Origin: Nitrososphaerota archaeon
Lineage (GTDB): Archaea; Thermoproteota; Nitrososphaeria; Nitrososphaerales; UBA57
Direction of reading: 5' to 3'
DNA length: 16,142 nt
Assembly (NCBI GenBank): GCA_002713205.1
Contig: PAVW01000004.1
Coordinates: forward strand, 8,437 to 24,578
Shown here in pieces: positions 6,944-14,105 of this stretch; position 1 is the stretch's first letter, and the number at the start of each line of letters is the position of its first letter. The notes under the pieces were generated by a model, which saw nothing but the letters and a program-made list of their open reading frames with translations, had not been told where the DNA came from and did not search any database. A program made the position numbers and the translations under genes.

Positions 6944-8473
6944 TTACTGCGGTTCAATAGTAGATGGTGGTTTACTAGATATTGCATAAGTAACCCAACT
7001 TACATTATCAATTTCATTAGTGATTCTTGTACTAATATTATCTAAAATATCATAAGGAAGCTTCACCCAATCAGCAGTCATTGCATCAGTTGATTCTACA
7101 ATTCGAACGGTTACTATATAACCCATTTTACGACCATCGCCAAGAACTCCAACAGCTTGATCGTCACCAACAAAAGCAAATGCTTGCCAAACACTGTCAT
7201 AAAAATTTGCTTTTTTAAGTTCTTCCTCGATTATATGACTAGCGTCTTTACAAATAGATAGTTTTTCATTGGTAAATTTACCAATAATACGAACTGCCAA
7301 CCCAGGACCTGGAAATGGATGTCTTTTGATAATACTTACAGGTAAGTCAATTAATTTAGCAACGTCACGTACTTCATCTTTATACAACTCCCTAAGCGGT
7401 TCAATTAATTGAAAATCAAGATTTTCTGGAAGGCCTCCAACATTATGATGAGTCTTAATTGTTGCAGTAGGTCCTTCAGCCATAGCGCTTTCAATGATAT
7501 CAGGGTACAAAGTGCCTTGTGCCAACCATTTAAATGATCCATTTTGTTTACTAATTTCTTCAAATACTTTAATAAATTCTTGACCAATAAGTTTTCGACG
7601 TATCTCAGGATCAATAACATCTGTGAGTAAATTGAGAAATCTATCGGATTCATTATGAAAAATGATTTTAATGTTTAATTTATCAAATATAGCCAAAACC
7701 TCATTAGCTTCATTTTTACGCAATAATCCGTGATCTACAAATACACAAGTTAATTTGTCTCCTATAGCTTTATGAAGTAATAATGCAACTGTTGATGAAT
7801 CTACACCACCACTTAATGCGCAAAGAACAGAATCATTTTGAACTTGTAATTTTATTTGACTGATAGAAGAATCAACAAATGAATCCATAGTCCATAAACC
7901 TTTACAATCACAAATTTTATAAAGAAAATTCTTCAAAATTTTTATTCCGTCAGGAGTGTGCGTAACTTCAGGATGAAATTGTACACCGTATATATTATTT
8001 GAGCAAATAGCTGCATAAGGAGAATTTTCAGTAGCGGCAATTGATTTGAAATTATCTGGAAGTATTTCAGTGGCATCTCCATGGCTCATCCAGACATCAG
8101 TTTTTGATCCAATGCCATAAAATAATTTTTCTTCAGATGGTATAGATAAAGTTGCTTTACCATATTCTCTTTTATCAGTTCGTGTAATAGAACCGCCCAG
8201 ATTATCAACAATTATTTGAAGGCCATAACAAATGCCGAGAATTGGTATATTTAAATCAAATATTCTAGAATCAGGTTTAGGAGAATTATCATCATAAACA
8301 CTACTAGGACCACCCGTAAGAATAATACCAGATGGATTTAACGATTCAATTTCTTTAGCAGATTTAGAATATGGTAATAATTCAGCATAAACGGACAAAT
8401 CCCGAATTCGTCTTGTGATTAAATGCGAATATTGGCCACCAAAATCCAACACAATAATATTTTCTTTAGTCAT
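6944..8473 (-). CDS. guaA: GMP synthase (glutamine-hydrolysing), a fused GATase + ATP-pyrophosphatase form.
   Basis: The GATase domain is present (IIVLDFGGQYSHLITRRIR, GICYGLQ nucleophile Cys, FHPE), as is the N-type ATP-PPase P-loop SGGVDSS and the C-terminal dimerisation domain ending in PPSTIEPQ. I place the start at ATG 8473-8471 (MTKENIIVLDFGG), not the track start at 8530. The 19 extra residues overlap the upstream gene and have no counterpart in the family N-terminus. Confidence 0.95.
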   Translation of the reverse strand: MTKENIIVLDFGGQYSHLITRRIRDLSVYAELLPYSKSAKEIESLNPSGIILTGGPSSVYDDNSPKPDSRIFDLNIPILGICYGLQIIVDNLGGSITRTDKREYGKATLSIPSEEKLFYGIGSKTDVWMSHGDATEILPDNFKSIAATENSPYAAICSNNIYGVQFHPEVTHTPDGIKILKNFLYKICDCKGLWTMDSFVDSSISQIKLQVQNDSVLCALSGGVDSSTVALLLHKAIGDKLTCVFVDHGLLRKNEANEVLAIFDKLNIKIIFHNESDRFLNLLTDVIDPEIRRKLIGQEFIKVFEEISKQNGSFKWLAQGTLYPDIIESAMAEGPTATIKTHHNVGGLPENLDFQLIEPLRELYKDEVRDVAKLIDLPVSIIKRHPFPGPGLAVRIIGKFTNEKLSICKDASHIIEEELKKANFYDSVWQAFAFVGDDQAVGVLGDGRKMGYIVTVRIVESTDAMTADWVKLPYDILDNISTRITNEIDNVSWVTYAISSKPPSTIEPQ

Positions 8474-8786
8474 GAGTATCACAATTATGACGAATATCAC
8501 TTCCAACAGTGTATGCCCCCCATTTTCCATTTATTTGACGCATTTCAATCTCAACATTGCATTTATTACATAATTTTTTATAGATCGTTCTCGAAGATGG
8601 GTTTTTTATATCAGATATGGATCGTTTAATGAACTTTGCAGATTGAAAACTAGAATTTTTTAAAATACTATCAACAATTCCAAGTGTATCTTTTAAATTA
8701 GATAATTCAATTTCAGTTTCATAAATTTTTTTTTCTAGCCATTGTTTCATGTCAGCAGTTTTTTTTAGATCATTATCATAACTCAT
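8466..8786 (-). CDS. Hypothetical small protein with an N-terminal coiled-coil-like segment and a C-terminal CxxC...HxC putative zinc-binding motif.
   Basis: It is 106 aa from ATG 8786-8784 (MSYDNDLKK...). The track's TTG at 8810 adds only LLILLYY. Residues DLKKTADMKQWLEKKIYETEIELSNLKDTL show heptad-like amphipathic character. The C-terminus reads CNKCNVEIEMRQINGKWGAYTVGSDIRHNCDTHD. Its stop overlaps the guaA ATG (ATGACTAA, 8473-8466). I recognise no family. Confidence 0.55.
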   Translation of the reverse strand: MSYDNDLKKTADMKQWLEKKIYETEIELSNLKDTLGIVDSILKNSSFQSAKFIKRSISDIKNPSSRTIYKKLCNKCNVEIEMRQINGKWGAYTVGSDIRHNCDTHD

Positions 8787-8847
8787 ATAATATAATAAAA
8801 TTAAAAGCAACGTATAAGCATTATCTGAATAATTTTTAATTAAATAA

Positions 8848-9855
8848 TTAAAGATGTTTAATTATTTCTGAAGTCATTTCGGATGTTTTAGCAGTACCAC
8901 CTAAATCATATGTAACGTATTTATTATCAGCAATTACTTTCTCGGTTGAATTAAATATAGCATTAGCAGAAATAGAATCGCCTAGATATCGCAACATCCA
9001 AGCAGCAGATAATATAGTTGCGGTAGGATTAACTTTATCCATGCCTTTATATTTAGGAGAACTCCCATGAGCAGGTTCAAACATAGCGTAATCAGTTCCA
9101 AAATTTGCGGAATAAACATTTCCAATACTACCAACTAATGCAGATGCTTCTTCAGAAATTATATCCATGAAGAGATTTGTGCTAACTAAAACTTTTTGAT
9201 TAAATCGTTCTGGATTTTTATACAATTGTTGTGCAAAATTATCAATAAGATAATCTTCAACGATAATTTTCGGATAGTTTTTAGAAACTGAGTTTATTTC
9301 ATGAAGAAAAAGATCATCAGTTTCTCTTAAAATATTTGCTTTATGAATAGCTATTACACTATTCCATTTACGTTCAGTAGCTGATTCAAAAGCAAATTTT
9401 GCAATTCGATTACATGATGAACGTGTTATTTTTCGAATTGTAACAGCAGTGTCATTATCAATTTTATAACCGATTCCACTGTACATGCCTTCGGTAGCTT
9501 CTCGAACACATAATAAATCAATTAATGGCGAAGTAGAAGAAACAGATTTAATAGGTCGAACATTAGCATATAAATCAAATTTTTGTCGCAGAGTCACAGC
9601 AACACTTCGAGGAGAATCAGGAATTATAGAAGTAATAGTTGGACCTTTTAAACATGCGTCGGAATTTTCTAAATTGTCAAGCGTATCAGAAGGAATTAAA
9701 CTCGGACCTTTATTTTTTTCCCACCATTCATTTCCAGCATCACAGACAATAAATTCTATATTAGATGGATTTACAGAATTGAGAATTTGTAATGTACAAT
9801 CAATAAGTTCAGGTCCAGTTCCATCACCTCGAATTATTACTGCTTTTTTTGTCAT
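8848..9855 (-). CDS. icd: Beta-decarboxylating dehydrogenase, a probable short-form isocitrate dehydrogenase.
   Basis: Family motifs are GDGTGPE, RSVAVTLRQKFDLYANVRP, REATEGMYSG (catalytic Tyr), HKANI (Lys), NLFMDIISEE and YDLGGT. HGSSPKYKGMDKVNP resembles the ICDH-specific HGTAPKYAGQDKVNP rather than the LeuB HG(S/A)APDIAG. The start is taken at ATG 9855-9853 (MTKKAVII). Substrate assignment is by eye only. Confidence 0.8.
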   Translation of the reverse strand: MTKKAVIIRGDGTGPELIDCTLQILNSVNPSNIEFIVCDAGNEWWEKNKGPSLIPSDTLDNLENSDACLKGPTITSIIPDSPRSVAVTLRQKFDLYANVRPIKSVSSTSPLIDLLCVREATEGMYSGIGYKIDNDTAVTIRKITRSSCNRIAKFAFESATERKWNSVIAIHKANILRETDDLFLHEINSVSKNYPKIIVEDYLIDNFAQQLYKNPERFNQKVLVSTNLFMDIISEEASALVGSIGNVYSANFGTDYAMFEPAHGSSPKYKGMDKVNPTATILSAAWMLRYLGDSISANAIFNSTEKVIADNKYVTYDLGGTAKTSEMTSEIIKHL

Positions 9856-9887
9856 GTTAATCAAATAAGTATCTAATTAAAGAAAAT

Positions 9888-11603
9888 TTAATAATTTCGT
9901 GTTTTCAGAGATAAATCCGATAAATCAACGGATTTTGTAGATAAATTAAAGCCAGAATCAGTTTTTTTTATCAAAATATGGTTAAGCCATTCTTTATCAT
10001 TACGAATAGGATAGTCAAGTCGAAAATGTGAACCACGACTTTCTTTTCGTTCAAGGGATGACTCGATAATAATTTCTGATAAATCTAACATATTATGCAG
10101 TTCAAAATACGAACATAGTTCAATATTTGAATAAGTGTCGGAATTATTGATACGAATATCATTCATCAATATTTGTAATTTAGATAATTGTTCTTTGGCA
10201 TGCTGTAATGATTTTTTATTTCGAGAAATGCTTGCATGAGAAGTCATTATAATTTTCATTTCTTTAAGTATATGAGAAATATTCAAATTTTCTGATGAAT
10301 TCAATATAGAATTTATTGTTTTTTTAAATTTAGATTCTTGCTTTAACACGAGTTGATTAGCAATATCATAATCAAAATTAGATATGCTTTGAGAATATAT
10401 TGAAGCCGATTTACCAGATATTCTACCAAATACAAGACATTCCATTAGTGAGTTGCCGCCAAGACGATTTGCGCCATGAACGCTCAAGCAAGCACATTCA
10501 CCTGCGGCGTAAAGGCCATTTACATCAGTGTTACAATTTAGGTCAACATCAATACCACCCATCATGTAATGCTGAGCAGGAATAACTTTCAAAGGCTCGG
10601 TTATAATATCTGTTTTTGTGAAATGTAACCCAATATCACGAATATCTTTTAAACTCTGAAGAATAATATCTTCAGGCAAATGTGTAAATGATAACTCCAT
10701 ATAAGACCCATACTCAGCATCTTCAAAAGCTAAACCTAATTCAATTTCTTTGATTATAGCCCTAGAAATAATATCACGAGGAGCTAATTCCATGCTTTTT
10801 GGAGCATATTTTTTCAAAAATCTTTCACCTTTGTTATTAAGCAAATAAGCTCCTTTTGCTCTAGCGCGTTCAGTAATAAGAATATTAGAACCAATTAATG
10901 AGGTTGGATGAAATTGAACAAATTCCATATCTTTTAAAGACGCTCCTGCTCTGTAGGCAATTGCAAGGCCATCACCAGTGCAAATAACTGAATTTGTCGT
11001 ATTATTAAATAAATATCCATAAGGACCTGTAGCCAAAATAGTAGTTTTTGAAAAAAAGGGAGTCAATTGAGAATTTTTCATATCAAGAGCCATTATCCCA
11101 AAACACGTATTATTTTGAACTAGTAAATCAATAACATGGAAACCTTCGAATAATGAGATGTTAGAATTCTTAATTGAATCAAATAATGAATCCATAATAG
11201 ATAATCCTGTTTTAAAAGAGGAATTTAGCGTTCTAGCAAACTTTGCTCCTCCAAATTTATTAGGTAATATTTTATCTCCAATCTTATCAAATTTTACTCC
11301 TAATTCTTCTAAAAAAGATATTTCAAAAGGTGCATTTTTTACTAAAATCTTTACAGCGTTTTGGTCTGCTAAATAATCAGAACCCTGAACTGTATCAACA
11401 AAATGATCATCAATAGAATCTTCATATCCAGAAACTGAATTAATACCACCCCCAGCAGCTACAGAATGAGATCTCATAACAGAAACTTTTGATAAAATTG
11501 TTACATGATTCGAATATTTAGAGGCGGCCAGAGCAGAACTTTGTCCTGCTAAACCCGATCCTATTACTAAAACATCGCTAAAATGAATGTTAGAATCAAG
11601 CAT
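9888..11603 (-). CDS. sdhA: Succinate dehydrogenase / fumarate reductase flavoprotein subunit (SdhA/FrdA type).
   Basis: The protein has the FAD dinucleotide fold DVLVIGSGLAGQSSA. RSHSVAAGGGI contains the His (residue 46, codon 11468-11466) that carries covalent FAD in SdhA. Active-site contexts are QFHPT, APRDIISRA, HYMMGGI and GANRLGGNSL. The C-terminal ESRGSHFRLDYPIRNDKEWLNH and a length of 571 aa also fit. Confidence 0.85.
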   Translation of the reverse strand: MLDSNIHFSDVLVIGSGLAGQSSALAASKYSNHVTILSKVSVMRSHSVAAGGGINSVSGYEDSIDDHFVDTVQGSDYLADQNAVKILVKNAPFEISFLEELGVKFDKIGDKILPNKFGGAKFARTLNSSFKTGLSIMDSLFDSIKNSNISLFEGFHVIDLLVQNNTCFGIMALDMKNSQLTPFFSKTTILATGPYGYLFNNTTNSVICTGDGLAIAYRAGASLKDMEFVQFHPTSLIGSNILITERARAKGAYLLNNKGERFLKKYAPKSMELAPRDIISRAIIKEIELGLAFEDAEYGSYMELSFTHLPEDIILQSLKDIRDIGLHFTKTDIITEPLKVIPAQHYMMGGIDVDLNCNTDVNGLYAAGECACLSVHGANRLGGNSLMECLVFGRISGKSASIYSQSISNFDYDIANQLVLKQESKFKKTINSILNSSENLNISHILKEMKIIMTSHASISRNKKSLQHAKEQLSKLQILMNDIRINNSDTYSNIELCSYFELHNMLDLSEIIIESSLERKESRGSHFRLDYPIRNDKEWLNHILIKKTDSGFNLSTKSVDLSDLSLKTRNY

Positions 11604-11648
11604 AAATTAATTTCTATAGTACGGTAGATAAGTTTATTCGATTGTTCA

Positions 11649-11960
11649 ATGTTGAATTTATTAATGCCGGCAAATAATTTATTGGAAATTCAGGATTATG
11701 GATGGAAATTAAGAATTCAATTGTTTGAAGAAAAAATTAAACTAACTTTAATTGATGAATCTGAAAATAAAATAGAAAAAATAATCAAACACTCTGAATT
11801 TATAATTGAAAATGCACATAACATAGGTAGAGAATTAGAAAATCAATTTAATAAATCAAATAACATAATATTAGAACCGTATAATATTAGCAGAATAATC
11901 GGATTAGTAGATCGAGCTATTAAATCAGTGAAAAGCCAAATACAACTGAAAAGTGAATAA
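11649..11960 (+). CDS. Hypothetical protein (103 aa), no recognisable family.
   Basis: It is the only ORF in this gap and has the K/N/I/E-rich composition of the other genes here. Its stop TAA (11958-11960) overlaps the GTG start of the downstream dehydrogenase (GTGAATAA). The start is uncertain, at either ATG 11649 or ATG 11664. Confidence 0.45.
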   Translation: MLNLLMPANNLLEIQDYGWKLRIQLFEEKIKLTLIDESENKIEKIIKHSEFIIENAHNIGRELENQFNKSNNIILEPYNISRIIGLVDRAIKSVKSQIQLKSE

Positions 11961-12990
11961 TTATTTGACATATAAAATTTCAGTAATCCCTGGAGATGGA
12001 ATAGGTCCGGAAATCACAGAATGTGCAGTAAATTCATTAAAGAGTGTAAGTGAAAGATTTAAAATTGATTTCAAAATGATTGAGGTAAAAGCAGGAGATA
12101 TAGCATTAAAAGAATTTGGAAAAGCATTACCAGATAGTACTTTAAATCAAATAAAATCATCAGATGTTTGCATCAAAGGACCCGTAGGAGAATCAGCCAT
12201 GGAAGTAATTGTAAAAATGAGGCAATTATTTGACTTGTATGTAAATCTACGTCCCGCAATGTCATTACCAAATATAGATTCTCTAAAAGAAAATATAGAT
12301 TTGGTTATAGTAAGAGAAAATACTGAAGATCTATATCGCGGTCTTGAATTTAATGCAGGTGAAAGTGCGGTAGCGCTTCGTACAATTAGTAAAAAAGCAA
12401 GTAAAAGAATTGCCGAATATGCATTTAAAATGGCAATGAAAAGAAGGAAAAAAGTAACAGTAGTTCATAAAGCCAATGTGTTAAAAATTACTGACGGCCT
12501 ATTTGTAGAATCAGTAAAAGAAATATCAAAACAATTTAAAGAAGTTGAATTATCAGAATTATATGTAGATGCTTGTGCAATGAACTTAATTAGAAATCCA
12601 GAAGATTTTGATGTAATTGTAACTACAAATATGTTTGGAGATATTTTATCAGATGAGGCAGCTCAAGTTGCAGGCGGTTTAGGATTAGCACCATCTGCAA
12701 ACATAGGAGAAAATTTTGCATTATTTGAACCAGTACATGGTGCAGCTCCAGACATAGCAGGAAATGGAACTGCAAATCCAATTGCAATGATATTATCAAT
12801 TAAACTGATGTTAGAATGGTTATCAAATAACAAAAAAGATGAAAAGTGTCTAAATGCAGCAAAAGCAGTGGAAAAAGCAGTGTATGATAGCTTAAAAAAC
12901 AATATAAAAACAAAAGAAATTGGAGGAACTAAAAAAACAAAAGAAATTGGAAATATTATTGCTTCATCTATTTTAAATTATAAATCATAA
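11953..12990 (+). CDS. leuB: 3-isopropylmalate dehydrogenase-like beta-decarboxylating dehydrogenase. A homoisocitrate dehydrogenase cannot be excluded.
   Basis: Motifs are VIPGDGIGPE, KGPVGE, MRQLFDLYVNLRP, RENTEDLYRG, HKANVL, NMFGDILSDEAAQVAGGLGLAPSANIG and HGAAPDIAGNGTANPIAMILS (LeuB/HICDH-type signatures). The start is GTG 11953, with TTG 11964 as an alternative. Confidence 0.8.
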   Translation: MNNYLTYKISVIPGDGIGPEITECAVNSLKSVSERFKIDFKMIEVKAGDIALKEFGKALPDSTLNQIKSSDVCIKGPVGESAMEVIVKMRQLFDLYVNLRPAMSLPNIDSLKENIDLVIVRENTEDLYRGLEFNAGESAVALRTISKKASKRIAEYAFKMAMKRRKKVTVVHKANVLKITDGLFVESVKEISKQFKEVELSELYVDACAMNLIRNPEDFDVIVTTNMFGDILSDEAAQVAGGLGLAPSANIGENFALFEPVHGAAPDIAGNGTANPIAMILSIKLMLEWLSNNKKDEKCLNAAKAVEKAVYDSLKNNIKTKEIGGTKKTKEIGNIIASSILNYKS

Positions 12991-13514
12991 ATTACTTTTT
13001 TCCCTTGTTTTTTTGGAACAATTTTTAATCGAGCTTTATCAAACTGAATACTTAATTGTTTACCAGAGAATATTCTATCCAAAATAATAGCCAATGCAGC
13101 GACTTCAGAATGTGGTTGATTACTAATTGCGACATTTAAAGTAGATAAATGTAATAAATCGGATGGTATTTTTTCAGAACCAATAACTATTATAATATTA
13201 GAATTATTTTTGATACTTTTAATTTCTTGTTCAACATCGGGAAGGTTTTCCCCATACATAGTACATAAAATTATAAATGAACCATCGAGTTTAGATTGTT
13301 TAAGAAATGATCTCCAATTTTTTAAATACTGAACTTCAAAATTTCCACCCCAAGAATCATTTACTTTGTGGAGATTAAGGGTTATTTTGTCATCTTCAAA
13401 TCCTGAATAATACATTTTTGTTGCACCAAATGCTCTAGCAACTAATCCACAATGAGTAGTAATTCGATAATCTCGATGTAATCTATGACCTAAACGTAAA
13501 ATTTCAATTGACAA
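12978..13514 (-). CDS. trm56: tRNA (cytidine56-2'-O)-methyltransferase aTrm56 (SPOUT family).
   Basis: The start codon is TTG. ILRLGHRLHRDYRITTHCGLVARAFGA, WGGNF, LCTMYGE, VIGSEKIP, NVAISNQPHSEVAALAIILDR match, as far as I recall, the Pyrococcus aTrm56 sequence almost motif for motif. Its 3' end overlaps leuB by 13 nt in convergent orientation. Confidence 0.9.
   Translation of the reverse strand: MSIEILRLGHRLHRDYRITTHCGLVARAFGATKMYYSGFEDDKITLNLHKVNDSWGGNFEVQYLKNWRSFLKQSKLDGSFIILCTMYGENLPDVEQEIKSIKNNSNIIIVIGSEKIPSDLLHLSTLNVAISNQPHSEVAALAIILDRIFSGKQLSIQFDKARLKIVPKKQGKKVIYDL
12996..13026 (+). terminator. Candidate oligo-T intrinsic terminator for leuB, embedded in the trm56 coding sequence.
   Basis: T6 (12996-13001), T7 (13008-13014) and T5 (13022-13026) begin 6 nt after the leuB stop (12988-12990). 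Oligo-T tracts are the known archaeal intrinsic termination signal. On the other strand T6 and T7 are the AAA AAA Lys codon pairs of the trm56 tail PKKQGKKV. Confidence 0.35.
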
Positions 13515-13597
13515 TTATTTATGATAATTCAAGACATAGGATAATTTAAATGATATTACTATTGAATCTAAAAAATAAGCCCAAATTGGAATATTAA
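13515..13597. promoter_or_regulatory. Divergent promoter spacer between trm56 and the PUA gene, with TATA-like elements.
   Basis: ATTTAAAT at 13544-13551 lies ~30-37 nt upstream of the trm56 TTG (13514, - strand). TAAAAAATAAG at ~13569-13579 lies ~20-29 nt upstream of the PUA GTG (13598). No Shine-Dalgarno sequence is visible for either gene, which is consistent with leaderless transcripts. Confidence 0.3.
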
Positions 13598-14074
13598 GTG
13601 ATAATTTTGCCAGATGATATAATAATAAATAAAATTCTAGATACAATAAATTATTTATTTAGTATAAACGTAAAAAATAAAATCGACAAAAAATCTGTAA
13701 AATACCAGATATCAGCAAAAACTAAACGATTAAAATATATATATATTAATGAAGAATTATTTGCCACAGTTAAAACGAATGGAAATTATGCATTAACAAT
13801 ACATGGAAGTCAAATAATATTGAATCATGATAAAATGAAAAAAAATTGTGTAATAATAAATAACGATATACGAGAATATATTGAAAAAAGTGGATCAGTT
13901 TTTGCAAAACATGTACTAAATGTAGGTAAGAATATTTATCCTGAATCTGAAGCAATAATCATAGATGAAAAACAAAATTTAATAGCAATCGGTAAATCAA
14001 TATTATCGCAAGAAATGATGAAAAAAATGAACAATGGTGTAGCAGTGAAAATAAGACACAGAATTAATAAATAA
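13598..14074 (+). CDS. PUA-domain RNA-binding protein (small archaeal pre-PUA + PUA type).
   Basis: The 158-aa protein has a C-terminal FAKHVLNVGKNIYPESEAIIIDEKQNLIAIGKSILSQEMMKKMNNGVAVKIRH. This fits the PUA pattern (short-P-x-x-E-V-x-V-x-D...G-x-a-x-x-s-x-x-E-m...G-x-A-V-K-x-R). The start is GTG 13598, with TTG 13607 as an alternative. The exact subfamily is not resolved. Confidence 0.65.
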   Translation: MIILPDDIIINKILDTINYLFSINVKNKIDKKSVKYQISAKTKRLKYIYINEELFATVKTNGNYALTIHGSQIILNHDKMKKNCVIINNDIREYIEKSGSVFAKHVLNVGKNIYPESEAIIIDEKQNLIAIGKSILSQEMMKKMNNGVAVKIRHRINK

Positions 14075-14105
14075 CCGTATGATAAAGATGAGCTAAGATA
14101 AATTA

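Noticed and set aside
8474-8530. A 19-residue N-terminal extension of guaA in the ORF track (MENGGHTLLEVIFVIIVIL).
   Set aside because: GMP synthases begin right at the GATase beta-strand (MTKENIIVLDFGG). The extension also overlaps 57 nt of the upstream gene, and an ATG is available at 8473.
8787-8810. A TTG-initiated extension (LLILLYY) of the small Cys-His protein.
   Set aside because: It consists of AT-rich promoter-like sequence (TTTTAATTTTATTATATTAT). The first ATG at 8786 is the more plausible start.
9856-9864. A TTG-initiated 3-codon extension of the ICDH-like gene (MIN-).
   Set aside because: The ATG at 9855 gives MTKKAVIIRGDGTGPE, which matches the usual spacing before the GDGIGPE-type motif. 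This is only a minor start-codon uncertainty.
9485-9868. A 127-aa ORF on the + strand, unusually long for an AT-rich genome where stop codons are frequent.
   Set aside because: It lies entirely antisense to the ICDH-like gene, whose family motifs are unambiguous. Its S/R/G/P-rich composition is unlike the K/N/I/E-rich proteins of this window, and it has no recognisable motif or upstream promoter space. I treat it as a shadow ORF.
9888-11603. An alternative call of L-aspartate oxidase (NadB) for the flavoprotein.
   Set aside because: The R-S-H-S/T-V-A-A motif with the flavinylation His, the 571-aa length and the C-terminal ESRGSHFRLDYP..W domain fit SdhA/FrdA better. As far as I recall, NadB lacks that His, is shorter, and is usually near nadA/nadC, which are absent here.
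12906-12951. A 19-nt exact direct repeat, aaaaacaaaagaaattgga, at 12906-12924 and 12933-12951 (27-nt period). It suggests a tandem duplication in the leuB tail (KTKEIGG / KTKEIGN).
   Set aside because: Aligning the tail with the paralog (TYDLGGTAKTSEMTSEII versus TKEIGGTKKTKEIGNII) shows no inserted residues. The two copies correspond to the normal T-x-D/E-x-G-G and T-x-E-x-x segments. It is A-rich low-complexity coincidence or micro-conversion, not an insertion.
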